This document shows positions 38,681 through 48,365 of a DNA stretch of 64,000 nucleotides, piece by piece. Within the stretch, counting starts at the first letter, position 1. The number at the start of each line of letters is the position of its first letter. The notes under the pieces were generated by a model. The model was not told where the DNA came from, did not search any database, and saw only the letters and a list, made by a program, of their open reading frames with translations. The position numbers and the translations under genes were made by a program. The stretch lies in IMG/VR virus record IMGVR_UViG_3300028027_000001; one strand, 5' to 3'. This DNA comes from a virus.

Positions 38681-39625
38681 TTAACTATTATATGTTGCAC
38701 TACATAGTGATACTTTGTAAAAGGGACACCATTTACACCCATCACTCACTGTTGGTTTATGTTCCACTTTTTTATACCCACTCAAATCAAATGCTTCGTT
38801 AATAAACGTATCTATTGATTGAGTTGCCTTGTTTAATTTAACTTTACCTGATGGAGGTGAAAACGTTTGAATACGGCGAATAACGAAATCCTCACTTTCG
38901 AATAATTTACGTTTGACGATAAAGAATTCAATTTCAATTTTATCTACTGGATGGTTGAATATTTCGGATATGAATTTTTTGTATAGGATGAGCTGGAATT
39001 GTTTGTTTTCGTCTTTTTTCTCTTTGTCTCTCCATCCGTTACCCGAAGTTTTGATATCAATGATTTTAATTGTATCTGTTGGTTCATGATATAATACTAC
39101 ATCAAGGTAACCTTGATATACAACATTAGGTAGTGAGGGGTTTTGTATTTTGGATACAGGTACCTCACACCCAACCAAATACCAACCACGTTTAGAGAAA
39201 TGTTTGGATTTATTTTTAGCGAAATCACGGATAATTTCGATACCATCATCGAAAAATTCACGAAGTTGTTCAGGTGTGCAAAAGTGCTGGTTACCGTTTT
39301 TCTTGTATTGGGTCTTGTATTCAGCACGGAGTGCTTCCTCGAACATTTCTGATGTATTTAAACGGTCGGCTTCAGCAGCGCTTTGCTCATACATTACTGT
39401 TAAGTAGTGTTGGATCACAGTGTGGATGCTAGATCCGAATACTGTGTGAATGGTTGAGCTAAATTGTTTGTGCCCCTCTACATAGTTTAATGACCATTTC
39501 TTTCTACATTCATTAAACATGGATAACTGCGAGTACGAAATAAGTTTCTCGTTCGCCCAGTCCATTTCTTTCTGTTTATAGTTACGAATGTCCTGTACAA
39601 TTTGGGGTATTTTCTTTTTAGCCAT
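38681..39625 (-). CDS. PD-(D/E)XK nuclease (RecB/Cas4-like)
   Basis: ISYSQL..C, G..IH, E, GYLD, IDIKT, QL.LY, CKWCPF...C. Confidence 0.88.
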   Translation of the reverse strand: MAKKKIPQIVQDIRNYKQKEMDWANEKLISYSQLSMFNECRKKWSLNYVEGHKQFSSTIHTVFGSSIHTVIQHYLTVMYEQSAAEADRLNTSEMFEEALRAEYKTQYKKNGNQHFCTPEQLREFFDDGIEIIRDFAKNKSKHFSKRGWYLVGCEVPVSKIQNPSLPNVVYQGYLDVVLYHEPTDTIKIIDIKTSGNGWRDKEKKDENKQFQLILYKKFISEIFNHPVDKIEIEFFIVKRKLFESEDFVIRRIQTFSPPSGKVKLNKATQSIDTFINEAFDLSGYKKVEHKPTVSDGCKWCPFYKVSLCSATYNS

Positions 39626-39630
39626 AACCG

Positions 39631-39665
39631 GAATATACAAAGAAAGCCTGGCAGAACCAAGCTTT
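39631..39665 (-). repeat. terminator/promoter cassette end, copy 1
   Basis: gaatatacaaagaaagcctggcagaaccaagcttt. Confidence 0.85.
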
Positions 39666-39689
39666 TTAAGTATTTTTGATAGTACTGGG

Positions 39690-39926
39690 TTATTTAATTA
39701 TACCAGCACGTACTTGAAATAGTTTACGCATTTCATCTAATTGTTCGGATTGACCAACAATAGAATCATATGATTCCATACCCAAACATTCACCTTCAGC
39801 GCTTAAACTGATTGCACGTTCAGCGGCATCATGTAAATCCATATCCGTTTTAGCGTCTTCTTTTGCGTATTCTAATAGACGAATGAATAACGGAACGTCT
39901 ACTGTGATTGTATCTTTTGGGTTCAT
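39690..39926 (-). CDS. cassette cargo protein ending FQVRAGIIK
   Basis: ORF track; class C promoter 39938. Confidence 0.8.
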   Translation of the reverse strand: MNPKDTITVDVPLFIRLLEYAKEDAKTDMDLHDAAERAISLSAEGECLGMESYDSIVGQSEQLDEMRKLFQVRAGIIK

Positions 39927-39945
39927 GTATTTTTATGTATAAATA

Positions 39946-40185
39946 TTATGAATTTTGTTCTCGTATGATTTTTTCCATTTTTTCCAGGTATAGAATACCA
40001 TCCATTAATTCTTCACGTAAGTGTTTACAATAATCTAAAAAGTTTAAATCTGTACGTTCTAATCCAACACCATATTTTTCACGGCCGAATTGTGCACGTT
40101 CGATAAATTTATCTATTACTGAATCAACAACATGGTCTGTTGTTGGGATAGTGCGGCTATTTTGTTTTTCTTGGTTTTCTTGCAT
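39946..40185 (-). CDS. small helical protein, possibly MazG-like
   Basis: G-xx-KYG, HLREELMDGILY. Confidence 0.55.
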   Translation of the reverse strand: MQENQEKQNSRTIPTTDHVVDSVIDKFIERAQFGREKYGVGLERTDLNFLDYCKHLREELMDGILYLEKMEKIIREQNS

Positions 40186-40582
40186 TTTTTTCAGGTTTTG
40201 AGTTGTCTATGCCCATTTTTAATAATATTTCGGTTACACCATTTTTACCTAGCAATTCCATATATTCTACAGCATCTCTCAAACTACATTCGTAGTAACG
40301 AGCTATATGTTCTGCTTCGGGAGGTGTTGATGTTTTGGTTTTACCAACCCATTTCAACCATACTTTACGTTTTGGGATTAAATTGCAATACGCAGTGTAA
40401 ATATATTTCTTTTGGTCGTGTGGGATTTTTTGAACGTAATTGGCTAGCTCGATATAGTCTACGTTCATGGATATGAACTTATGGATCATATATGGTTGGA
40501 AGGACCCCCAGTCCCCCTCATCAAATGTGGAGGCTGGTTGTTTCTTCACTGTGATTTGCTCGAGCCAATCGAATAGAGTCAT
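40157..40582 (-). CDS. clamp loader small subunit (T4 gp62-like)
   Basis: F-PYMIHKFISM, IPKRKVWLKW, ARYYECS; adjacent to the AAA+ subunit. Confidence 0.7.
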   Translation of the reverse strand: MTLFDWLEQITVKKQPASTFDEGDWGSFQPYMIHKFISMNVDYIELANYVQKIPHDQKKYIYTAYCNLIPKRKVWLKWVGKTKTSTPPEAEHIARYYECSLRDAVEYMELLGKNGVTEILLKMGIDNSKPEKNARKPRKTK

Positions 40583-40584
40583 GG

Positions 40585-40815
40585 TTACAAGGAATGTTCT
40601 TTATATTCATCACGTAACTCTTTTGGTAAAGAGTCTAAAACGATTTTTTTAGATTCGATATCGTAAAATACACTTATCGGAACCAAACCGTCTTCGTCTG
40701 AACCAAGAATAAATTTGGAAATTTTACGTAAAATGTAACCTTGTTGGAAGATAATACCTCCGTCAAAACCTTCAACTGCTGTTGAATTAGCTAAATCAAT
40801 TTGTGGTTGTTGCAT
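40585..40815 (-). CDS. hypothetical protein
   Basis: ORF track. Confidence 0.8.
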   Translation of the reverse strand: MQQPQIDLANSTAVEGFDGGIIFQQGYILRKISKFILGSDEDGLVPISVFYDIESKKIVLDSLPKELRDEYKEHSL

Positions 40816-40828
40816 TGTTTATTTATTT

Positions 40829-41554
40829 TTATATGGTTTCTAAAATTTTAGCGATTGCAGCAAAGAAACATATTTCTTTATCTATCACGCTCGCACTCTG
40901 GAACATATGATCATTTATTGTGATAATCACGAGTCCTTCATTTCCAGATGCATATTTTTCTACATCTGTGTATAGTTTTTTATATAGACTATCAAAATCA
41001 CTCACATCACTATCCGCTATTAATTTACGGATTTCAGTAAATGTTTTTGAGTGTTTTTTAGATAGTAATTGAATTAAATTATTTTCAGTGTCTGCATCGT
41101 TGGTTAACGTTTGAGACAGCACAAGTTTATCGTCTATAATGTGTTTTTGCACATTGTTGATAATACGACGCAAATCAGGATAGTACGCGTTTATAATCGC
41201 CGCTACGTCGCTGATTTCGTACTGTATATTTTCAGTGTCGAGTATGTTTACTACGTGTTTGGCTACGTGTTTTTTGCTTGGTGGTTTCAAATTGTAGTCC
41301 TCCAAACGCGAACGCAACGGTTCAATTAAGCGTTCTGGGTAATTACCGGTTAATATGAATCGTGTATTTAAACTGTATGTTTCGATCATGTTTAGGAGCA
41401 ATACTTGCCCTGCTTGCAGGATATGGGTGCAATTATGGGTTAATACGTCATTATTCTCACCTATAAAAAAATTATGATTTTTACTAACAGTTAAATCATA
41501 CACCTTTTTTTTTCCTTCAAGTTTTTTTACATTAACTATATTTAATTTTTTCAT
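40829..41554 (-). CDS. split intein C-part (41 aa) fused to clamp loader AAA+ C-extein
   Basis: VYDLTV..HNFF...LTHN/C, then RFILTGNY, PLRSR, PDLRRIIN. Confidence 0.92.
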   Translation of the reverse strand: MKKLNIVNVKKLEGKKKVYDLTVSKNHNFFIGENNDVLTHNCTHILQAGQVLLLNMIETYSLNTRFILTGNYPERLIEPLRSRLEDYNLKPPSKKHVAKHVVNILDTENIQYEISDVAAIINAYYPDLRRIINNVQKHIIDDKLVLSQTLTNDADTENNLIQLLSKKHSKTFTEIRKLIADSDVSDFDSLYKKLYTDVEKYASGNEGLVIITINDHMFQSASVIDKEICFFAAIAKILETI

Positions 41555-42675
41555 AACTTTAAACCTTTAATCATTTTATTATAATATACTAAAAAATTAT
41601 CACTCATACACACTTCTGGGTTTATGAAGTTGATTAAATTGGATTCGTTCACCCATATAAATTTATAATCATTTTCTAAACACCATTTTATAGCTCCATC
41701 CATTTTATCAATTTGAGCAATATATTGACGTTTAGGCTTGAGTTCATATAATATTTTATTTTCCAAATCTATGAAATCAGGAATATATATTTTCCTCTCA
41801 TTTTCTGTAACATATTGAATTCTTATAGACTCATATTCAAGTTTAGGATTTGAAATAAAAAAACACACCTCCCAACTACTTCTAAAGTAATAGGTTTTAT
41901 TATTGAATGGTATATCAATTCTTCTTTTAGTTCTATAATTATTTTGGGGAGAGAAGGTTCCATCCAATATGTTTTTTTTCTGAGAATCGGATGATTTTTT
42001 TCTTCTTATATTTTTTTCTTCTTCTGATATATTAAATAACCATGGGTGATCAATATTTTGGTGGGTTAATTTCATGTTTTCTCTCCAAATAGTATTCCTT
42101 GAGGGGTCATCTTTCATTTCATTCCATTTTTCCATTCTTTTCTCCACCACATCTGGGGATGTTAGTATTTGGGAATGGATTAAATTGTGGTCATTGATAC
42201 TAAGGGATGAAATATATTTATTAAATAATGGGTTACACGGATGAGCAGTTTTAGCATTTTTGGATATTCTAAAATCATTAATGGTCAATGCCTGATTGGA
42301 AAATATACAGGATGGAATTAAAGATGATTTTTTAAATAATTCATATACTATAATACGTCTATCATTCTCATTAAAAAAACACGCTAAATGATTAAATATT
42401 CTAGTATAACCATACCACTTGTTATCTACAGGAGATTTAATATGATTGTTTATGGGGTTTACATCCATCCTATCTAATATATCATTTAATTGATAGTTGG
42501 TGATATAAACATACTTACTATCATATACATATTTGTATTCACTTGGGGTGAGGTATTTTTTTAGATCTGTCAAAAGAAGATTTCTCGATTCAAACTTATT
42601 ACCCGTTATAACATTTACCCACGGATAATGATATGTAATAAAGTTATTTTTTATTTCATCTAGATGTTTCATCAT
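41551..42675 (-). CDS. free-standing endonuclease (TnsA-like PD-(D/E)XK)
   Basis: FRSSWE, YE..RIQY, YIPDF, ELKP. Confidence 0.78.
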   Translation of the reverse strand: MMKHLDEIKNNFITYHYPWVNVITGNKFESRNLLLTDLKKYLTPSEYKYVYDSKYVYITNYQLNDILDRMDVNPINNHIKSPVDNKWYGYTRIFNHLACFFNENDRRIIVYELFKKSSLIPSCIFSNQALTINDFRISKNAKTAHPCNPLFNKYISSLSINDHNLIHSQILTSPDVVEKRMEKWNEMKDDPSRNTIWRENMKLTHQNIDHPWLFNISEEEKNIRRKKSSDSQKKNILDGTFSPQNNYRTKRRIDIPFNNKTYYFRSSWEVCFFISNPKLEYESIRIQYVTENERKIYIPDFIDLENKILYELKPKRQYIAQIDKMDGAIKWCLENDYKFIWVNESNLINFINPEVCMSDNFLVYYNKMIKGLKL

Positions 42676-42738
42676 ATTAATTTTGTTATAAATATATGAT
42701 AACCTTGGAGAGAATGGGAAATGTTGGTTGATTCGATG

Positions 42739-43359
42739 TTATATTGAAAGGACATAACCACATTCTATAACTTCTTTAGTAGTAACAACTATAGGATTGG
42801 AATTTTCATCATTAATATACCATTTATGGGATTCAGTACATACAACTTTTTCTCCATTTTCAAATTCTATTTCATAACAATCTTGTTCCCCCTTATAAAA
42901 TAATTCAAAGGGCATCCACTGTATTTGGGATGTTTCTTCGTTATATGATTTTACTAAGTCGTTTTTTTCATCAAGGAATTTTATTGGGATTTTTACAATC
43001 TCCCCTTTTCTTAAAACAGTCACCAATGTTTGTTCTTCTAAACACTCATCTAATATTACTATTTTAGGTGCCGGTTTAAAAGACATTACCGACACAAAAG
43101 GAAGTATTTCATTCCTGATATCGTCTATACCCCTCTTATCTGTAGCATTGATCATGATATAGTCACAGTCAATGTTACGAGCGATGATTTTGGCTAAGGT
43201 GGTTTTACCGGATCCGGCTTTGCCAAAGAAACCTAACATAGGTATGTTCTGTTGTTCAATCCATCCCTCTACTTTTTGTTTAAGGTAATCATCACACACA
43301 TAGCCCTCAAGTGTTGATGGTCTGTGTTTTTCGTTTAAAACATAATGTCTATCTTGCAT
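42739..43359 (-). CDS. clamp loader AAA+ N-extein (gp44/RFC-like) fused to split intein N-part (101 aa)
   Basis: EKHRP, Walker A GKAGSGKTT, NATD, Walker B IVILDE then CL; block B CTESHKW. Confidence 0.92.
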   Translation of the reverse strand: MQDRHYVLNEKHRPSTLEGYVCDDYLKQKVEGWIEQQNIPMLGFFGKAGSGKTTLAKIIARNIDCDYIMINATDKRGIDDIRNEILPFVSVMSFKPAPKIVILDECLEEQTLVTVLRKGEIVKIPIKFLDEKNDLVKSYNEETSQIQWMPFELFYKGEQDCYEIEFENGEKVVCTESHKWYINDENSNPIVVTTKEVIECGYVLSI

Positions 43360-43377
43360 AACTTATTTTTATAACCG

Positions 43378-43411
43378 GAATATACAAAGAAAGCCTGGCT
43401 AAGCCAAGCTT
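43378..43411 (-). repeat. terminator/promoter cassette end, copy 2
   Basis: gaatatacaaagaaagcctggctaagccaagctt. Confidence 0.85.
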
Positions 43412-43442
43412 CTTTGATTAAATGGGATAGAATATGGGTGGG

Positions 43443-44513
43443 TTAAATTTCTTTCCCTTCATCTTTTAACATTTGTTTGATTTTAGATACACCGGATGAT
43501 ATTCTTTCTGAAAAATTCTGAATAGTTGATAAGTGGGAAGATTGTTTATATTCTTCCTCAGTGATAATACCAGCCAATTTTTGCATGCGCAAGAATTCCT
43601 CGTTTACTGTAGGTGTAGCTTTAAGGGCATACGGAGCAAACAATTTAATCAAATCCAATTTTGCTTGTTGGTTTTTGACTTTATTAATAGTGATTACGTT
43701 GTTTGAATATTCGAAGTTTTTGTCGTATGTATTTTTCAAACGTTGAAGCAAACCATTAATTTCAACACGTTTACCTTTAATTTTAGCTGGGTCTAGGGTT
43801 ACTTTAAATGATACTGTTGCCTCAGAAGGTGCTGCTTTAGTTACACCTGGTGTTTCTGTATCGGTTGGTTCGATTCTTACAACATGATATTTAACTCCAG
43901 CATTATCCATGATAGTTTTAACTACTTTCTCAAGATATGCTTTAGTTGCGAATGGGCTGTCTTTTTGTGGGAATGTGATTTCGTCTCCGTTTACAATGTA
44001 GTGAACGCCTTCCTCCATTTTGCCACTATATTTTTTAAGGTTTGCAGGTGTTTTTAATGGGAAATAGTTTTTTCCAAATTTACCAACAATCATTTTAGGT
44101 AACGCTTTACCTGATAGTGTTTTCAAATATTCCTCAACAGTACCATCATTTCCTTCTGCTTGCCATGCTGCGTATCCTTTTTCCGCTTCTTTCAAACCAG
44201 CTTCGTATTCTTGAGGTTCACGAGCAGCAATATCTGCTAATTTGTTTTCTTTACCTTCATCGTCCAACTCGTCCCAGTGTTTCCATGCGGCTCCTGCTTT
44301 TTGTGCAGGGATTGATGGGCCAAATACTTTCTTGATTGCTTCTGGATCTCTCATGCTTTGGGCATAAGGGCCATAGTTGTCTATATTGTTTAGTGCGTCT
44401 ATGGCTGCTTGAGTTTCAGTTGATTGGATTGTTAAGTCGTAACTGTTACGGCCAAGGCCTTTCATTCCATCTTCTTCTCCATCCATTTCACGGATTATAT
44501 CGAATAATTTCAT
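43443..44513 (-). CDS. cassette cargo protein with RMQKLAGIITE motif (putative virion-internal protein)
   Basis: MKLFDIIRE leader, motif near C-terminus, class C promoter 44533. Confidence 0.8.
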   Translation of the reverse strand: MKLFDIIREMDGEEDGMKGLGRNSYDLTIQSTETQAAIDALNNIDNYGPYAQSMRDPEAIKKVFGPSIPAQKAGAAWKHWDELDDEGKENKLADIAAREPQEYEAGLKEAEKGYAAWQAEGNDGTVEEYLKTLSGKALPKMIVGKFGKNYFPLKTPANLKKYSGKMEEGVHYIVNGDEITFPQKDSPFATKAYLEKVVKTIMDNAGVKYHVVRIEPTDTETPGVTKAAPSEATVSFKVTLDPAKIKGKRVEINGLLQRLKNTYDKNFEYSNNVITINKVKNQQAKLDLIKLFAPYALKATPTVNEEFLRMQKLAGIITEEEYKQSSHLSTIQNFSERISSGVSKIKQMLKDEGKEI

Positions 44514-44558
44514 ATTTGTATGTATGTTTATGTATAAATATACAAAAAGATGACGCTA

Positions 44559-44825
44559 TTAAATAGCGTCACCGTATAAATTGTATCTTTTTACAGGTTC
44601 TGGTTCGATTGCTTTCTCCTCAGTTCTGATAACATATAGTTTACTATCGAGTGGAGCTAAACGAAATTCAACTTGCTCTTGATTTTTGTCGAACCATGCT
44701 TCAAGTGCATCTGTTAGTGATGGATGGACTACTTTTTTAGTATCGCCTACTAGTATCCAGGAATCACCTTTACCCTTTACGCGCGTAGCCAACAATTCAA
44801 GTGTTTCTACTACCTGTGTTTCCAT
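44559..44825 (-). CDS. hypothetical protein
   Basis: ORF track. Confidence 0.8.
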   Translation of the reverse strand: METQVVETLELLATRVKGKGDSWILVGDTKKVVHPSLTDALEAWFDKNQEQVEFRLAPLDSKLYVIRTEEKAIEPEPVKRYNLYGDAI

Positions 44826-44826
44826 A

Positions 44827-46473
44827 TTACATCATCATTTGAGATGGATCGTAAGCACCGTCTTCTTTTTTGTCTTCTGGTTTGTCTACGATAACACACT
44901 CTGTTAATAGAATAGTACTAGCAATACTGGATGCGTTGCTTAGGGCACTGCATGTTACTTTGGTTGGGTCGAGGATACCTGCTTCTTTCATGTTTACGAT
45001 TTCCTCAGTTTTGATGTTAAATCCAAACCATGGGTTTGTTCCTGCATCACCCGCCTTTCCAATTTCTTGGTTAATTGGGTAAATCTCTTCAGCATCGTAT
45101 CCTGCATTGATTAAAATTTGTTCGAATGGTTTACTACATATTTTGTATACTAAACGTTTACCAAAATTAAAATCAGATCCGTCTGCTTTTACCTCAGTAA
45201 TTGCTTCTCTAGCATATAATAATGCAACACCACCACCAGGAACAATACCGTCTTCTAAGGCACATTTAGTTGCATGTAAAGCATCGTCTACACGATCTTT
45301 CTTTTCTTTCATTTCGGTTTCAGTATTTCCACCTACGTGTACTAAAGCAACACCACCAATGAATTTTGCTAAACGTTCTTGCAATTTTTCAGTTTCGAAT
45401 GGAGTGGTTGATTTATCGATTTGTGCTTCTAATTCTTCAACACGTTGAGTGATTTTTTCTTCTGAACCTTGACCATCAACAATTGTGGTTTGTTCTTTGG
45501 TTACAGTGATTGTACGTGCTTTTCCAAACCATTCATCCTGGAATTTGTCCAACTTCATGCCTTTATCTTTGTCGAATACAGTACCTCCAGTTAACACAGC
45601 AATGTCTTCTAAGATTAACTTTCTACGATCACCAAAGTCAGGTGCTTTAACAGCAACTACTTTTAATGTACCACGCATTTTATTTACAATCAATGTTGCC
45701 AATGCTTCCCCATCGATGTCTTCGGCAATGATAAGCAATGATTTTCCAGTACGAGCCACACCATCTAAGATAGGTAGCAATTCTTTCACTTGTGTGAATC
45801 TATGATCAGCAATTAATACCAATGAATCATTTAATACCGCTGACATGTTGTTGTTGTTGGTAACGAAATATGGTGACTTGTATCCACGATCAAATTGCAT
45901 ACCTTCAACTACCTCTAAATATGTTTCACCAGTACGAGATTCCTCAATGTGTACTACACCTTCACGACCTACTTTCTCCATTGCTCTAGCAATTAATTTC
46001 CCAGTTTCTGGGTCATTGTTTGCTGAAATAGAAGCAATTTGTTCAAGTTGTTCTTCAGATGTGATTTTTTCTGATGAATTTTTAAGTGATTCGATTACTT
46101 GCTTAACAGCAGCATCAATACCACGTTTAATTTCAACTGCATTTCCACCTTCATTTAAACGTTGTAAACCTTGTTTAACGATTTCACGAGCCAATAACGT
46201 AGATGTAGTTGTACCATCACCAGCATTGTCTGCTGTTTTGATTGCGGCTTGTTTGATCATTTGCGCACCCAAATTTTCGATTGGGTCTTCCAATTCAGAA
46301 ATATGTTTTGCGATTGATACACCATCTTTTGTAGATACTGCTACACCATCATGAAAATATACTGTATTTCTACCTTGTGGTCCTAAACTGGATACTACGG
46401 CATCTGCCAAAATATCAATCCCGTTTGCTAATTTTTTACGTGCTTCAGCACCTAGTTTAATTTGTTTACTCAT
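44827..46473 (-). CDS. groEL: chaperonin GroEL
   Basis: LGPQGRN, TKDGVS, AGDGTTT, FDRGY, GIVPGGG. Confidence 0.98.
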   Translation of the reverse strand: MSKQIKLGAEARKKLANGIDILADAVVSSLGPQGRNTVYFHDGVAVSTKDGVSIAKHISELEDPIENLGAQMIKQAAIKTADNAGDGTTTSTLLAREIVKQGLQRLNEGGNAVEIKRGIDAAVKQVIESLKNSSEKITSEEQLEQIASISANNDPETGKLIARAMEKVGREGVVHIEESRTGETYLEVVEGMQFDRGYKSPYFVTNNNNMSAVLNDSLVLIADHRFTQVKELLPILDGVARTGKSLLIIAEDIDGEALATLIVNKMRGTLKVVAVKAPDFGDRRKLILEDIAVLTGGTVFDKDKGMKLDKFQDEWFGKARTITVTKEQTTIVDGQGSEEKITQRVEELEAQIDKSTTPFETEKLQERLAKFIGGVALVHVGGNTETEMKEKKDRVDDALHATKCALEDGIVPGGGVALLYAREAITEVKADGSDFNFGKRLVYKICSKPFEQILINAGYDAEEIYPINQEIGKAGDAGTNPWFGFNIKTEEIVNMKEAGILDPTKVTCSALSNASSIASTILLTECVIVDKPEDKKEDGAYDPSQMMM

Positions 46474-46479
46474 ATAACT

Positions 46480-46779
46480 TTATTTAATTTTGGATAAAAC
46501 TGTTTTTTCGTTTCCGATGAAATATTCATCTCCATCATGTTCAATTTTAGTAAATCCTTGTGTTGGTAAAATTACCACATCACCCACTTTCAATACTGTT
46601 TCTACGAATGTTCCTGTTACTGTGTGTGAACCAGGACCAACAGCTACTACTGTTCCTTTTGGATTTCTATCTTTACCAGCATCTGGTACTACGATAGATC
46701 CATACATTGTTTCCTCTGTTTCTAGTGGTTTAACGATAACCGCGTCGAATAGAGGTTCGAAAATTGTTTCGTTACTCAT
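46480..46779 (-). CDS. groES: co-chaperonin GroES
   Basis: PLFDAVIV, GSIVVPD, GTVVAVGPG, LKVGD. Confidence 0.95.
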   Translation of the reverse strand: MSNETIFEPLFDAVIVKPLETEETMYGSIVVPDAGKDRNPKGTVVAVGPGSHTVTGTFVETVLKVGDVVILPTQGFTKIEHDGDEYFIGNEKTVLSKIK

Positions 46780-47144
46780 ATTTCTACTTTATTTAATAAA
46801 TTATTGATTCCGTCTTTTACTGTATTCCATGTATCGATATATTCTTTGATTGAAGAATACTGTCCTTTATTTACATAGAATTTTTGTTTTGCAATTGAAT
46901 TAAGGGCATTTTTAAAATTACTATAGTAACCAATTACGTTTTCTGTTTCTTTACCTGAAGCTTCTGCTCCTCTAAATCCACGTTTAGCTGTAGTTCTTTC
47001 AATTACTGTGAAATTAGAATTGTCTTTTGAAATGTAAAATGGTTCCATTACAGGATCTGTAATGATACATACGTTTGATTGAGCATCTACATTGTTTGCA
47101 TCGCGAGCCGGACGACCCTTGCGTTTAGTTGTTGTTTCTACCAT
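46776..47144 (-). CDS. hypothetical protein with AT-hook-like KRKGRP
   Basis: ORF track, promoter 47167. Confidence 0.75.
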   Translation of the reverse strand: MVETTTKRKGRPARDANNVDAQSNVCIITDPVMEPFYISKDNSNFTVIERTTAKRGFRGAEASGKETENVIGYYSNFKNALNSIAKQKFYVNKGQYSSIKEYIDTWNTVKDGINNLLNKVEI

Positions 47145-47215
47145 AACTTTATTTTAATTTATAACTAAATATACGAAAACTTATTGGCTAAGCCAAATAT
47201 TTTTGATTATACATA

Positions 47216-47950
47216 TCAGAAGGTTGTTTGTTCTTTACGAATTAAGTAATATTCACTACTAGTATCCGATGTTTTAAATTCAAGTTTCATCAAACCACGG
47301 TAACTTAATGATAATTTACCTTCTTCCATATCTTTATTAGCATTCAATATGTTACGGAATGCATCTGAATTGAATGGGATGGAGGATGGGGATGGGGTTA
47401 AATTTGAATAGATCTGATATGTGATTTTGTTGTTATGTCCGTTTTCATCTCCAAAGGTAAATAAGATAATATCCTCATCATTTAAATCTTTACCAGTAGA
47501 TATCAACATGTTATTAACATCACCTAAAGCACCTTTTGCTTTGACTAAATTCACAATATCTTCCTTTTCTAGAATAGACACCGCATCCCATTGTGGAGCA
47601 GTTACAGAACCTACTTTACCCATTAGTAGCGGATCTGCCAATGCATATGTTAAATTGAATGCATTGTCAGCAATGTGTAATTTAGTATACACTGATTGTT
47701 TTTTCTCCAGGGTAAATATTAAATCACCAGCACATATATTTAGTAAACCCAGTAATTTTTTAGTATCATATATTGCCAAATCACTATCTTCTATGTCAAT
47801 ATTGTTGTGTGTAATTTTACCAATAACTTCCTTACTTAACGACATAAAATCAATAGTAAGTTGTTTGTTGCGTGTAACCCATTTAACGGATTCAATTTCA
47901 CCTAAGTGATATTTGTCTATAATTGACTTAAGTACTAATCTGTTGATCAT
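47216..47950 (-). CDS. DNA sliding clamp (gp45/PCNA-like)
   Basis: Size 244 aa, AIYD..KLL.LL, C-terminal GLMKLEF..YYL; sits between PolB and the clamp loader. Confidence 0.7.
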   Translation of the reverse strand: MINRLVLKSIIDKYHLGEIESVKWVTRNKQLTIDFMSLSKEVIGKITHNNIDIEDSDLAIYDTKKLLGLLNICAGDLIFTLEKKQSVYTKLHIADNAFNLTYALADPLLMGKVGSVTAPQWDAVSILEKEDIVNLVKAKGALGDVNNMLISTGKDLNDEDIILFTFGDENGHNNKITYQIYSNLTPSPSSIPFNSDAFRNILNANKDMEEGKLSLSYRGLMKLEFKTSDTSSEYYLIRKEQTTF

Positions 47951-47968
47951 ATAACTTTAATTTATGTT

Positions 47969-48003
47969 GAATATACAAAGAAAGCCTGGCAGAGCCAAGC
48001 TTT
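47969..48003 (-). repeat. terminator/promoter cassette end, copy 3
   Basis: gaatatacaaagaaagcctggcagagccaagcttt. Confidence 0.85.
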
Positions 48004-48011
48004 TCTATATT

Positions 48012-48281
48012 TTAAAATGTTTGATTAATGCGCTCAACACCAAGAGGTCTTAATTTATCCATGATTTCATTATTTTCCCTCTCTGCATCCTTCATTTGGC
48101 CATAGTTATCAATGTACATATAGAATGCATCATATCTACTTGCCAAATCCATTATTTCATCGGTTAATTCATATCCATCTTTCATTACAATTTCTTGCCC
48201 TTCTTTAACCAATTGGGCTTTGTATTGACTTTCAGTAATTAAACCAGCCAACATTTGCATCCTAAGTGTTTCTTTGTTCAT
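48012..48281 (-). CDS. cassette cargo protein MNKETLRMQMLAGLITE
   Basis: ORF track; class C promoter 48328. Confidence 0.8.
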   Translation of the reverse strand: MNKETLRMQMLAGLITESQYKAQLVKEGQEIVMKDGYELTDEIMDLASRYDAFYMYIDNYGQMKDAERENNEIMDKLRPLGVERINQTF

Positions 48282-48290
48282 AATATATTT

Positions 48291-48326
48291 GTTTATGTTT
48301 ATGCTTATGTTTATGTTTATGTTTAT
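48291..48326. repeat. hexamer microsatellite (GTTTAT)x6 in the 5-prime UTR
   Basis: gtttat gtttat gcttat gtttat gtttat gtttat. Confidence 0.8.
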
Positions 48327-48365
48327 GTATAAATATATGGATTTAAATTTAGGATGTCAAGTATC

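Noticed and set aside
38681-39625. Cas4 indicating a CRISPR system
   Set aside because: Solo PD-(D/E)XK nuclease in a replication module; no array or other cas genes
44870-46807. Several plus-strand ORFs up to 169 aa, and similar ones throughout the window
   Set aside because: Antisense shadows of groEL/groES and other minus-strand genes; all promoter motifs point to the minus strand
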